A DNA stretch of 63,548 nt, taken from NCBI RefSeq assembly GCF_001194135.2, contig NC_068994.1:57895651-57959198 (forward strand), read 5' to 3'. The translations under genes were made by a program, and so were the position numbers. The notes below the pieces were generated by a model, which saw only the letters and a program-made list of their open reading frames with translations, did not search any database and was not told where the DNA came from. Positions 46,227 to 59,190 of this stretch are shown here, in pieces. This stretch comes from Octopus bimaculoides (lineage: Eukaryota). Position 1 is the first letter of the stretch. Each line of letters opens with the position of its first letter.

Positions 46227-46538
46227 TTAACACATAAAGCTCGACGGGCCACGTTCCTGGCTCAGGTAGATGCATTTAATCTATGGGGGTCTAATGGACA
46301 CTCAAACGCTCTGGTACCCCCCNNNNNNNNNNNNNNNNNNNNNNNNACAAATGCAAGAGGACTAATATTTCAACTAATGGCTTTCCGGATGATGTAAAAC
46401 TTGCCACCATTATATACTAAGAAGATATTTTGACTTTTTTTTTTTTGTTTTTTATGTGTGCATGGTAGTGTCATTTTCATAAAATGTGCTCGGCAGTCCA
46501 TGCTATGTAAGTGCAAATCCCAGCGCTTTGTGGGTTAA
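46227..46538. mobile_element. piggyBac-type MITE, family 1, internally deleted copy B (RPL26 intron 1)
   Basis: TTAA flanks; ends GCGCTTTGTGGG|TTAA; ~200 bp right part shared with copy A. Confidence 0.75.
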
Positions 46539-46820
46539 TGCTTGTAACAAATTTCCTCCGGGCATGTAGGTGACCACAGACACTTTTATGTGTCATTCTG
46601 TATCTGGTCAAAACTCATCGTGCACTCATTGCTTTCTGAATTGGGAATGAAAATATTCACTTCTCCATCATGCATGTGGTTCTACTTATTGCATATATCA
46701 TTTGATTTTTCTGTTGCTGCTTCCAAATTTTGAATCATTTATTATTCGGGCGTGTTCATAATGAAAGGGCTAAATATCTTCTTTTTTTTTCTTTTTCTCC
46801 AGAATATTATATAAAGCAAG

Positions 46821-46988
46821 ATGAAGCTGAACAAACTTGTCTCATCTTCGCGGAGAAAGAACAGAAAGAGGCACTTCAATGCCCCTTCTCACATCAGGAG
46901 GAAACTCATGACATCTCCATTATCAAAGGAACTTAGACAGAAATATAATGTCCGTAACATGCCAATTAGAAAAGATGATGAAGTACAG
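46821..46988 (+). CDS. RPL26: RPL26 coding exon 1
   Basis: MKLNKLV...DDEVQ|gt. Confidence 0.97.
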
Positions 46989-49900
46989 GTTGGTTGATGT
47001 TTTTTTTTTGTTTTTCTTTTTGTGTGTTGTGAATAGGTCAATGTGGCTTGCAACTTCTAACCTTAACATCGAGTTTTTGAGGGTACTTGCTGTAGCAGTT
47101 AAATTTTTCATAAAACTCGCCCAATCATCTTAAAATTTCTACTAAAATACTTGGCAGCATTTCATCTGTTTTGATGTTCTGTGCTCCAATTCCATCAGGA
47201 TTGGCTTTATCTTTCATCCTTTCAGGTTCGATGGAGTAGGCTCCGGTTCAGCACTGGGGCCTGTAATTGACTCTCGCTCTTCTAAAATTCCATGCCTTCA
47301 GTAGGCAGGACTGTATGCAGTAACAGTGGGAACTGGAGTGCTTTATTGCTTGTTGCAGTGGTGTGGCTGTGGATTGTTTGTCAAACCTTGCATTTCTGTT
47401 TAGGATGCTATAGGCCCTTTGTTGGCATGATTTCTACAGCTGGCTACCCTTCCTAATACCAACCACTCTACAAAGTGGACTGGGAGCGTTTTACATGGCA
47501 CCAGTTTGGTCTGCTTTGTCCTTCTGCAGTGACTCGTGTGCCTATTTGGAGAATATCTACCTCTGCAATATTGGGGTGTGGGAAGTGGTCCTACATGTAA
47601 AAGCAAGATATTTTTTTTATACTGTTCCAGCACCTTCAATAGGGGTGCAATGTTTTTCATATATTGATGGGGTTTTATTGTTTTGTTTGTTTTTTTTTAT
47701 TTCCTAGGTGGTACGCGGTCACTACAAAGGTCAACAAGTTGGCAAGGTTGTCCAATGTTACAGGAAAAAGTTTGTGATTTGCATTGAAAGAATCCAGCGT
47801 GAGAAAGCTAATGGCACATCAGTTCATGTCGGTATTCATCCATCAAATGTAAGTTGTTGGGCCAATGTCTGTTTGTGTGGAAAAAATGTCATTTCAACTG
47901 TTTAATTACAATCCAGCAAGGTGTCTTACATCGTCAACTTAGTATAAACAACCACATTTCTCCCTCAAATCATGCCTTAATGTATTTGATAATGTCTTGT
48001 ATGTATAGGAAGCAGGATATTATAAAAGGAATTGTGCACCACGGAATGATTACACGATTTCTTTTTAAAAATTTTTTTACTATTGCTCTTTTCTTTTCTC
48101 AACACACCCACCATTTTTAATGTACCTGCAAATAATGTCAGGTCAAGGTAATTTATTTAAAACCTAGTTGTTCCAGGGCTGTAGTAAAAAGCACTTGTCC
48201 AAGGTGCCACACAGTGGGACTGAACCTGAGACCATATTGTTCAGAAGGAAGCTTCTCAACAATGCATCTGCACCTGCATCAATATATACATGCAAATTAT
48301 GGCATTCCACTTAACATAAACGCAACCTTGCAGAATGCACATTAGATAGCCTTTTCACTGGGTGATTGATTTTTTTTTTTTTTTTTGGAGGTGAGGTTCC
48401 CAGATGGATAGAAAGGTATTTTGCCACGTGTCTCTATGTGGTCTGTTAACAGACTTTCCTTCTGCTGAGTTTTCCAATCTTTTGTGTGTGTGTGTGATTA
48501 CAAGTAGAAAAGTGCTGGCTCTGACAGGTCATCTCTTTTTCTCCTGGAGGTCATTGTAGCACGCAAACACGTTGCTGTTGCGGTGGTGTTGAAGTCATAA
48601 TTCCCAGGTCCACTGCAGGGTCTAGTAATTGCTTTACCTTGAATTTCCCCATTTTGTGGTTTGCCTCACATTTACTGTCAGAAATGCCCAAGCCTTTTTT
48701 ACACTACCAGACTTTCATTAACCCTTCAGAATTTGATCCGACCCAAATATTCTATCTTGTTTTATGTTCAAACCAGCCAGATGTAGCCTCTCACACCTAC
48801 CCTACAATGCCATCCTAGAAATAAACAATATCATCATCATCATCGTTCAGCGTCTGTTTTCCATGCTGGCATGAGTTGGACAGTTTGGCTGAAAAAACTG
48901 GTAAGCTAGCAGGGGCTGCACCAGGTTCCAGTCTGATTTGGCAAGGTTTCTATGGCTGGATGCCCTTCCTGATGCCAACCACTCTGAGAGTAGTGGATGC
49001 TTTTCCCATGCCACCGGCATGGGTGCCATTTGTCTAGGCATCTGGGAGATGTGAAGCTTTTCTTGTATATAGTGTAATAGTCTGTTTCTATGGTTACTGT
49101 TGGAATAATTGAAGCAGGGTTTCTTTTGCTTTCAGTTCATCAAATAGACTGCTGGATTGTTTTTCAGGAAATCTTTTGAGAAAAATACTTTATATAGGCA
49201 TGGGCGTGGCTGTCTGGTTAAGAGGTTTGTTTCCTGGTTCTGTCCTGCTGTGTGGCACCTTGGGCAAGTGTCTTCTGCTATAGTCCTAGGCTGACCACAG
49301 CCTTGTCAATGGATACAGAAGGCAGAAACTGAAAGAAACTCGTTGTACATAAATTTATCCTCACCATCACTTGACAACTGGTGTATATGTCCTTGGCACT
49401 TAGCAGTTCCACAAACAGGGACCAATAGAATATGTACCGGGCTTAAGAACAAAATAAGTAGTGGGTTCAGTTTGTTTGGTTAAACCCTTTAAGGTGGTGT
49501 CACCGCATGGCTGTAGTCCAATGACTGCAAACAGGCAAAGAGAAATCCTTCCTTCATTTTATTTCTAGTAGAAACTCGTCAATTCCATTATCAGACATCT
49601 CGTTAGACTTGTTGCTTTCGAAATCAGAAATCAAAATTTCCGATTTCCCCTTGTGGTTATACTTTAAGAGACAAAACTTTGCAGGTGTGTCTATTGCTCA
49701 GTTACTGGTCTGGTCTCCTTTGTCCCCCTGTGATCATGCAAACTGCCAGACAATTGGATGTTGTTGAGCATCATGGTCATCATTTTAGCTTTTAAATGAT
49801 GCCACCCTGCTGGCTAAGGGAGCAGGCCAGCACTCATCCTGGTCAGGAAGTTACTCTGTCACAGGGTTGGCATCCATTTACAGCTGAGTGGGCTGGGGCA

Positions 49901-50472
49901 ACACTGAAATGAAGTGTTTTGCTCAAGAACACAATGCACTACCCCCAGACCGGAGGTAGTGCATTGTGGGAATCAAACCCATGATCTAGTGATCATGGCC
50001 GCTAAGCCTTGACTGTATCACCAGGACCTATATAAGATTCCAGCGTTCTAGAGGGGCAATATCACTCACTTGGAAAGACTCCTACATGGTCTGTTGATCT
50101 GCGTTTGTGAATCTCTTGATACCACTATGTTGGCAAAGTGTTTATCACAATCCATTGACAGCTGTTCCGTTATAAACCTACTTCATAAATCTACCAACCC
50201 ATCTCAGCCTACCTCTAGTTTTATGATGGAACATAGCATTTGTTTTTACGATCATATTTAAATGAAAGCCTTTCATTACAACTATATGTGCCATACACCA
50301 ACTTCATGATGAATCCTGCTATTGTTATGTGGTCATTTGTTTTTTTCAGGTTGTCATTGTGAAATTAAAATTGGACAAAGATAGGAAACGCATCTTGGAC
50401 CGAAGGAGTCGTAACCGTGTTGCTGCCGACAAGGGTAAACATACTGAAGAGTCCATTATGGAAACTTCCTAG
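46821..50472 (+). CDS. RPL26: 60S ribosomal protein L26 (uL24), join(46821-46988,47708-47848,50350-50472), 143 aa
   Basis: [14 protein letters not shown]...[24 protein letters not shown]...REKANG...GIHPS...[14 protein letters not shown] at 50495-50500. Confidence 0.98.
47708..47848 (+). CDS. RPL26: RPL26 coding exon 2 (KOW)
   Basis: VVRGHYKG...HPSN|gtaagt. Confidence 0.97.
50350..50472 (+). CDS. RPL26: RPL26 coding exon 3 (stop)
   Basis: [16 protein letters not shown]...*. Confidence 0.96.
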   Translation, partial: VVIVKLKLDKDRKRILDRRSRNRVAADKGKHTEESIMETS

Positions 50473-52406
50473 GTATTTTCCCTGACAGTTTAAAAATAAA
50501 AACACATATTTGAACTTTAATCTCTCTTAAAATTTGTTTTTTTTTTTTTTTTGAAGTGTGTAATAATTTTGTGTTGTGAATGATTTTTTTTATATGGCTG
50601 GATGCCCTTCCTGTTTCCAGGTAAGCTATTTCTGATGGATGCTGCTTGTGTGGCACTCATTTACAACTCAAATGCAGTGGTCAAGACAAAGTGATACTAT
50701 CACATATATGTGTGACAGGCTTCTCTCAGTTTTCATCTAACGAATTCACTCGCAGGCATTGAATGATGATGACAGTTGTTGTCAGTCTCGATTGTGCAGT
50801 TATCTCCCTTGTATAGTGCTAGTTATTCTGCCGACGATGCTCTTGGATAACAGAAGTAGTCGTTTACTTAAGACACAAGAATACTCTAGCTTAGTATATA
50901 TGGTTTCATAGCTTCCCTATACATTGTATGCTTTTCATTAAGCACTCATGGTTTTGCTGAAGATTTTACATGGCTTGGACGTTACGCATGCAGTTTGCCG
51001 AGTTATTGTTTCTTTCTAACAAAGAGACTGCTTATAGTTTACATCAAATTGTTTTCAATTGGCAGTAATAAATTCTATGATTGTTTATAGAGAATCCTGA
51101 AATATAAAGTTTATGAAATTCTATTTTTCTCAAGTATTTGACATCTTTAGTTGATGTTAACACCACATACCACTGAGGGGAGAGCCCCATCAAAATTTTC
51201 TTTTTTTTATACACTTGTCGTGTCTTCACCTGAAATGTTTGGCAACACTTTGTCTTTGCATTCTTCTCGGTTCAAATACTGCCATGGTCAACTTTGCTTT
51301 TCATCTGTTCAGGGTGAATTGAGAGCCCTGGGGTTGATGTAATCAACTAACCCCTTCCAATAAAAATTTCAGGCATTGCACCTACAACAGAAAGGATTAT
51401 TTCTATCTATAATATTCTACTACTGCATGACTTCAGTAAAATCGCCAAAAATTTTGATATTCTGCTCTCCGTCCTTATTTTCATATTAGAAGCATTTGAC
51501 TGGTTTTGAACCCACAATCCTGGTGGACAAAAGCACAGTAGCTGACCTACTGAATTATGGTTTCTAAAACAATATATACCAGTAATGTACACTCTGCAGT
51601 TGTTTCCCAGTTTAACATCTGGTTCGCCAGTCCTCAGTCAAATCGTCCAACCCATGCTAGCATGGAAAGCGGATGTCAAATGATGATGATTATTAACATT
51701 GAAAAGTAGATGAGATGTTCGAAACTGGGTCAATTTTGGTTGTGGAGCTCACCCACAGTTAAATAACAGCCACAATGTGAAGAAAGGTATCCACTCTTGA
51801 CAGTGTTGAACAATATGTGATCATTTTTTATTGAAACCCATCCACACTAACTGCTTTTACCTTTGTACTGGCATTATCCCTGCAAATATCAGAGTTGCCA
51901 ATCAAGTTAGGATGGACATCATCCCTGGGGCCAGGGACTAAAATCAACAAGCTTCCTCACTAATACCGAGTCCCTAACATTTCAGGAGACTGGGTTCCAA
52001 CTTTGGATGTAAAAGTTGGTTCAATGGAGGACACTAGACCACATCAGAACAGGTAATAAGGTGAGCTAAAGCTGTTCTAGGTCAGGTAGGGATTACAGGA
52101 CTGGTCCAACTGTATGTTAATATGGGGAAGCAAACCAGACTACAGAACCCCATTGCTTGTTTGTCCTCTGCTACCAACTCTAAAAACGTTGCAGACTTCA
52201 ATGGAATTGTAAAGAACAGTGTGGGAGGGTTAGGTAGTTGGTATATAATTATTGTGGTGCTTCAACAAATACATAAAGTATTGTGTTAATGGTTTTGGCT
52301 CCATTCCATTAATGGAAAAGAAAGATCCATTAGAATGTCTAACACCTGTATTTACTCCCAACAATAATCGAAGACATTAAAACCAAAACCTATTGTCTTA
52401 CAGACT

Positions 52407-52632
52407 TTAACCCTTTTGTTACCAACCCGGCTGAAACCAGCTCTGGCTCTCAATACAAAAGTCTTGCTTGTATAAGTTTTGAATTAAAATCTTCCACCAA
52501 ACCTTAGCCACAATTTATGTTCCTAACATTAGCTTAATGATAACTAAGTTATTTTACTAAATTCTTTGTTATATTTAAAGTAATTGAAAGAAACACAGCA
52601 TCTCCAAATAAATACAGTAACGAAAGGGTTAA
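52407..52632. mobile_element. piggyBac-type MITE, family 2 (218 bp)
   Basis: TTAA|CCCTTTTGTTAC ... GTAACGAAAGGG|TTAA, 11/12 TIR match. Confidence 0.85.
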
Positions 52633-52734
52633 TGTGACTGTCTGGTGTAGCATGTCTATCAGACAAACACGGAAACCTTTTCAGGCACTGAATAACATCT
52701 CCCCTTCCCATGACTCCTTCCACATTCCTTTCCC

Positions 52735-53290
52735 AGTTTTTAGAGTTGGCACTGTCAGTGTAGGCACATTGAAAGGTTGGGCTAGTGAGATTGTAGAGAT
52801 GCTTGAATGGAGATGTGTTTATGTATGCTGCATACAAGAGGTAAGGTGGAGAGGAGCTTCAGCCAGGGTCCTCACAGGCAAGGCACATAGGTATAAAAAC
52901 TTCTGGGAAGGTAACAGTGATGGAGTAGGGGATGTAGGCATACTCCTCAGAGAAATGGGTGGATAAGATCATAGAGGTAGTCAGGGTGTGCAATAGAGTG
53001 CTTAAGCTTAGGCTAGTATAGCGACAATTATCTGTCTACGTCCCATAAGTGTGCTGACCAGATGTTCAGAAGGACCACTTTTATCTACAGGCTACCTCAA
53101 AGTCGAATGATAATGACTTCATCTTTGTGGCTGGGTATTTTAATGGACATGTTGGACAGCAATCTTGATATCTTCCATGGTGTTCATGTGAGCCATGGAA
53201 TTGGTTCCCGAGACGAAGAGGGAACTCGACTATTGGACTTCTGTGATGCAAGCAACCTCGTAAACTACAGCACCAACTTCAGAAAGCCAA
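52735..53290 (+). mobile_element. RTE-type LINE apurinic endonuclease fragment
   Basis: RVGTVSVGTL.G...CCIQEVRWRG...W.GN.DGVG.VGILL. Confidence 0.85.
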
Positions 53291-54889
53291 CCAGTCAGGT
53301 GACTCTGCTTTCTCCAAATCAACAAAAAGCCAAGATGTGTATACACATATCTGTGTATGTTTGTCCCCTACCACTACTTGACAACTGGTGTTGGTTTGTT
53401 AATCTTCTCAGCACTTAACAGTTTGGCAAGAGACTGAAACAGTACCAAGCTTAGAAAAAAGCAAAAGGATTAACTCAACCCTTCAAGTTGATGCTCCAGT
53501 ATGGCCACAGTCTAATGACTGAAACAAAAAGGTAAAAGAAAAGATTATATACACATCGTCATTTCATGTCCATCTTCCGTCTTGCTAATTGGGGGGGCAG
53601 CTTGATAGGAGCTGGTCATTCAGAAGTCTCTCCCATGCTCTGCTGTCTTCATTGTTATGGTTTTTTTGGCTGATGCTCTTTGTAACACCATCCATTTTAC
53701 AGATTGGACTGGGAGCTTTTTATGTGGCACCAGCACTGGTGAGGTCATCAAGTAACTTGTAAGAGAAAGATCTCGTAAGAGTGTAGGGTATGGAAGGAGG
53801 TGGGTTTGTGCAGGTGAGGAGAGGTTAGAGTATGACGAAGAGGCAGAAACAGGTGTCTCGCTGTAGAGGAGACATAGGGTTACCCCAGTGGGAGAGAGAG
53901 GGCGAAAGTAAAAGAGAGCAAGAAAGCTGGTGACAATGTATCAGGACACCCTATCAAGGAACAAGGATGTGAATGTAAATTGAATGATAGAGGATTGCCG
54001 AGGGTGAGTGAGTAGGAAGTTCACAAAAGTGGGAGTGGTGTGACTAATGAAATGGGTGTATAGAGATTGTGTGTGTCTCTATATAGATAGATAGATAGAC
54101 AAAACACACACACATGTATATGTGCTAACTGATATTGCAGACTGCATACAGATAGCTACATTCACATGACAAATCTCAGCAAAGCTTCACAATTCTCATG
54201 ATTTCCTCTCTATTATTGTTACACTGCATGAAATGTTCGTGAATAGAGAAAAATTTCTCTTTTATAATAGAATAATGAAATTAATACAATGTCTGGGTCA
54301 GTTCATTTCTATAATAATTAGAAATTCTTGCATATCAGTAACAAAGTATTCTCTGGTTTGGTCTACATGTCTCATAAGCAGCTATTACAAGCTAACATTC
54401 ACACAATGCTGGTTGGTGTTGATATTGTAAGGCTGTGGTTGGCTGGTAGAAATGGTGACAGGTCAGGCAAAATGCTTGGCGGCATTTAAACAATCTTTAA
54501 TTCCCGAGTTCAACTTTATCTTTCATCCTTTTTGAGATTGATGAAGTAAGTACCAGTTGAGCACAGGAGCTCAGTGTAATGGACTTAACCCTTCCACTGG
54601 CCTTGCGCCAAAATTTGAAACCAATATTAGCATATTCCAAAGCCGCAAGCTGGTAGACCAGGCAACGTGCTTAGTAGTGAAGGTGAAAAAAGCTAAAGTT
54701 ACCTTCTCGAGTCATAGCAACTCATAAGGGACAGTGTCACCTGACCGGCTCCCAGTGCCAGTGGCACGTAAAAAGCACCATCTGAACATGGTTGAGGCTA
54801 GCTGGAGGAGATGTCTTCCTGGGGCTAAAAACAACAGTAACATTGTCATTTATGGGATGGCCACATTTAGTTGGCAAATATATTATATA

Positions 54890-54939
<50 letters not shown>

Positions 54940-55142
54940 NNNNNNNNNNNNNNNNNNNNNNNNNNNNNNNNNNNNNNNNNNNNNNNNNNNNNNNNNNNNN
55001 NNNNNNNNNNNNNNNNNNNNNNNNNNNNNNNNNNNNNNNNNNNNNNNNNNNNNNNNNNNNNNNNNNNNNNNNNNNNNNNNNNNNNNNNNNNNNNNNNNNN
55101 NNNNNNNNNNNNNNNNNNNNNNNNNNNNNNNNNNNNNNNNNN

Positions 55143-55208
<66 letters not shown>

Positions 55209-55902
55209 GTATACAGATATACACTCATACACACACACTTGTATGTATATGAGTGTTATATAAGAAAATGAGCATAAGAGGTAAATACTCTAGCTGTATA
55301 CACAAATAAACACACACACACACATATATATACATACATGTATGCACATATCCATGAAGTTGTTTTTCCACCTGATCAACTTACTACTACCACCTCCTCC
55401 TCCATGACCTATATTGGCATTTTAAGCAAACAACAAAATAGGAGCTAAAACTCTTTGTTACCTCAGAGATCAAATGAAGACAACTGTTTCATTGAACCAC
55501 GATTATTTGGTTAATGCCACAATAACTATGACAATGACGGATAATCTCTTTTACCTTATAGATAAGAGATCAGAGAATGATCAGACATGGATTAGTGGGG
55601 ATTAATGTGTTTTATCGATGTTGAACTGTTTATACATACAGACACACACACACACACACACATGGTGGTTGTTGACTTCATTTCTAGCATAACCACTTAT
55701 TACATTTGCCTGTATTAGATAGGTTTTCTGTTTCGAATCCTTAGAAGACTACCGAGTCATGGTTTTGTTTTACATAGGCAAATGCAGCATGGAATTTGGC
55801 CAAAGACTTAATCAAACACACACACATACATACAATAATAATAATGATAATAACATAGAAAACTACCTTAGGAATGAGAACTCAGGTTCAAAATTTCCCC
55901 GA

Positions 55903-55948
55903 GACACCTGATGAACCCTGGAGGGTATATCAGCTGAAATGTCGTGTT
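55903..55948 (+). ncRNA. Minimal hammerhead-like motif within an interspersed repeat (degenerate)
   Basis: GACAC-CTGATGA-A-(cc)CTG..CAG(ct)-GAAA-TG-TC-GTGTT. Confidence 0.5.
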
Positions 55949-57944
55949 AACAACTAACAAGATGAGGACAAATATCTGTCAAATGTAAATAATGTATACA
56001 CACACATATTGTTATATATATATATATATATATATAACTATATGCTGTTGTATTTTGAGATGGTCTTTTTTTTTTTAAAATAGATACACGCGCTGTATAT
56101 TCATTCTTCATTTCAGATTTATTAGTATTGAAGGAGGTGAGGGGGTGGTATAAGAGGTTAGAGTATGAAAGGACGAAAACAGGCATCTTGCTGTAGAGGA
56201 GATACATGGCTATCCTGGTCAGAGAGAGAGAGAAGATGGTGTTGATGTGCCAAGGCGTACCCTCAAGGTACAGGGAGGTGAATGTGAGGGGACTGGATAG
56301 GGGTCAGTGAGAAATTACAGGGTGTTGATGATAGCCAAGGGGTTGAATGGGGCTCGGTGTGCAAAAGACCAGCTCACCCAGATGAACTGAAAAATATTAT
56401 AAAGTAATAATAATGATGATAATAATAATAATAATAATTATAAGCATGTGAGGCAAAATACTCAGCATGCTGGGCATAATGCTTGTCTTTATATTCTGAG
56501 TTCAAATTGTGTGTGCGTGTATTATGGGTTTTTGCATAGCTTCTGTCTAGCAGAGTATTGGTTGCCTGAAAGTTACAGAAGACAACACAAGCTCAAAGTG
56601 CAACACAGTGGGCCTGAACTCAGAGCCAGGGGATTGAGAAGTAAAGCTCTTAAGCACACAGCTATGTCTACATCCATTTAATCATATATCTTTATTTATT
56701 ATTTTATCAAAGTTGCTGTCATACTTCTCATTGTCAACAGCAGTAGTAGTGGTGGTGGTGGTGGGAGCTGGTCCGATGGAGGTGTGTTGGTGTGCCAGTA
56801 CAGGTTGTGTGCTAGTGTTAAGTCAGATATTATTATTATTGCATAATCATAACCAATCTGTAGTTTTGTGTGTTTGGGTGTGTGCTGATGTTTTGTGTTC
56901 ACATTATTCTATACAATTTAATGTAGAGAGAAAAACTAATGCAGCCTTTTGTTATGATATATACATACCCATACATACATATATATATATATATATTTAG
57001 AGAGAGAGAGAGAGGAAATGATGAAAGACAGAAAGACAGAGACCTCTGGAGATATGCTGTGACTGAGAAGACTCGGCAAATAAAGTGAGATCACAGCTGT
57101 AACCTACATTAGTGTTGCATAACCAGCCAACTCAAAAAGTACCCTTGGATCGTGGGGTGACATGCCATGCTTGAGGAGACCTATTGAGTCGAGTACATCA
57201 ACATCAAAATGAAATGAAATCACAATCAAATGGAAATTGTAGTTGTGGTCCCCGTGCTGGTGGCATGTAAAAAGCACCATCCGAATGTGGTCAATGCCAG
57301 CCCCCTCGCCCCAACTGGCTCCTGTACTGGTGGAATGCTAAAAGCATCCACTACACTCCCAGAGTGGTTGGCATTAGGAAGGGCATCCAGCTGTAGAAAC
57401 ATTTCCAGATCAGACTGGTGCAGCCTCCTGGCTTTCCAGACCCCAGTCGAATCGTCCAACCCATGCCAGCATGGAAAACGGACGTTAAATGATGATGATG
57501 ATGATGATATATATATGGGGTGGAGTAGTGGTGCAGGTAAAATTTAAGCTAAATTTTAGGCTAAAATCAAGGTATCTCCCTGCCTAATGAGAAGCTAACT
57601 GATTACTTCTCATTGAGTAATTATTACATCAGAGGATCTGCTAGCTAGGAAACAGATGTCACCTGGAATTTTACCTGCTCTATTCCCTCAATTTGGNNNN
57701 NNNNNNNNNNNNNNNNNNNNNNNNNNNNNNNNNNNNNNNNNNNNNNNNNNNNNNNNNNNNNNNNNNNNNNNNNNNNNNNNNNNNNNNNNNNNNNNNNNNN
57801 NNNNNNNNNNNNNNNNNNNNNNNNNNNNNNNNNNNNNNNNNNNNNNNNNNNNNNNNNNNNNNNNNNNNNNNNNNNNNNNNNNNNNNNNNNNNNNNNNNNN
57901 NNNNNNNNNNNNNNNNNNNNNNNNNNNNNNNNNNNNNNNNNNNN

Positions 57945-57991
<47 letters not shown>

Positions 57992-58114
57992 GTATATATA
58001 CACACACACACACACATTTTTATATATATACTCACACACACACATACACACACATGCTGCTATTACTGCATTACAACTGGATACAGACGCAACAGTTGAA
58101 TTATTTAAGTATGG

Positions 58115-58710
58115 GTGTGTTTATATGTCAATCTTGTAAAGGCTTCTGATAAAGTTGCTCACGCAATATGCGTCAATCTGCTTGATCTTGGCATAGTTGG
58201 GAAACTAGTGGAGAGGCTCCGTGACTCTTCAAAAGAAAGGAGTCAGGCAGTCACAGCCAACATTCTCTCTCTCTCTCTCTCCAAGGAAACATTAGTTTTT
58301 GGCAGAGTCCTTCAAGGAACTGTACTGGGACTGTTTGTAGTAGCTTTCTCTGACATGTTCGCTGTCATACAATCAGCCATGCTGACAATACAAATGTATT
58401 ACACGCTGTCAAAATCTTTGTTGAGCAACATTTGAACAGAATATGTGAATGGGCTGAAGAAAAACAATTCCATGCAGTGGAATTCTGAAAAATTTCAGAT
58501 GCTTTCTTGTCAGCCTACAAACAGCTTGTAATCAGAACACACCGGACTGACCATGTTGTAATCTTGGAGTCACAATCAAGGCATGATGGGAATCCACATG
58601 AGTATTATTATACACATTCCATGTGTATATTTCTAAGACAGTGACAATGTACAGGCAACTGGCTGGTTGGATTCTGAGATCAATCAGGACATTGGAAAAC
58701 AAGACCATAT
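58115..58710 (+). mobile_element. CR1/L2-like LINE RT fragment
   Basis: KA.DKV.H..., SQAV.AN, QGTVLG, HADNT, EWAE....WNSEKFQ. Confidence 0.75.
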
Positions 58711-58719
58711 TGATCTTAC

Positions 58720-59190
58720 GGATCAATATGGTATTTTGTCAAGGAAAAGTGTTACAAATGCTCTTTTCTTAGTGAAACAAATATAGATAAAAGTAAGGTC
58801 CCATTTTTAGCATTGGTCAGTCTGGGGAAAGCTTTCAACAGAGCCCCTTGCTCCGTAATCTGGTGGTAGCTGAGGAAGCTAGGGGTAGGCAGTTAATTGA
58901 CTTATGAAAGTGATAAAAGCCATGTTCAGAAATGCTGTTAGTAAAATTTTGAGTTAACGAGTACAATCATGAATTTAGAGTACAGGCAGGAGTCCATCAA
59001 GGCTCAGTTCTCCATACTCTCCTATTCATCATAGTCCTCCAGACCATTACAGTGAAGTTTAAGACCATGGGAACTCTTCACTGATGACTAAGTTGTTATG
59101 GCTGAATTTGTAGTAGACTTAGAAAACTAATTCCAAATGTGGAAGTAAAACCTGAAACGGAAAGGTCTCAGAGTTAACTTAGCAAAGACC
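58720..59190 (+). mobile_element. RTE-type LINE RT fragment
   Basis: QYG, KAFNRAP, LRKLGV, GVHQGSVL..LLFIIVL. Confidence 0.75.

Noticed and set aside
45160-46620. H/ACA or C/D snoRNA candidates in RPL26 intron 1
   Set aside because: Hairpins exist (45163-45233, 45855-45915, 46571-46611), but no correctly spaced H plus ACA or C plus D boxes were found.
54734-58139. Long YI-repeat and X-rich ORFs (also at 18849-19289 and 62085-62625)
   Set aside because: They arise from (TA)n tracts and N gaps.
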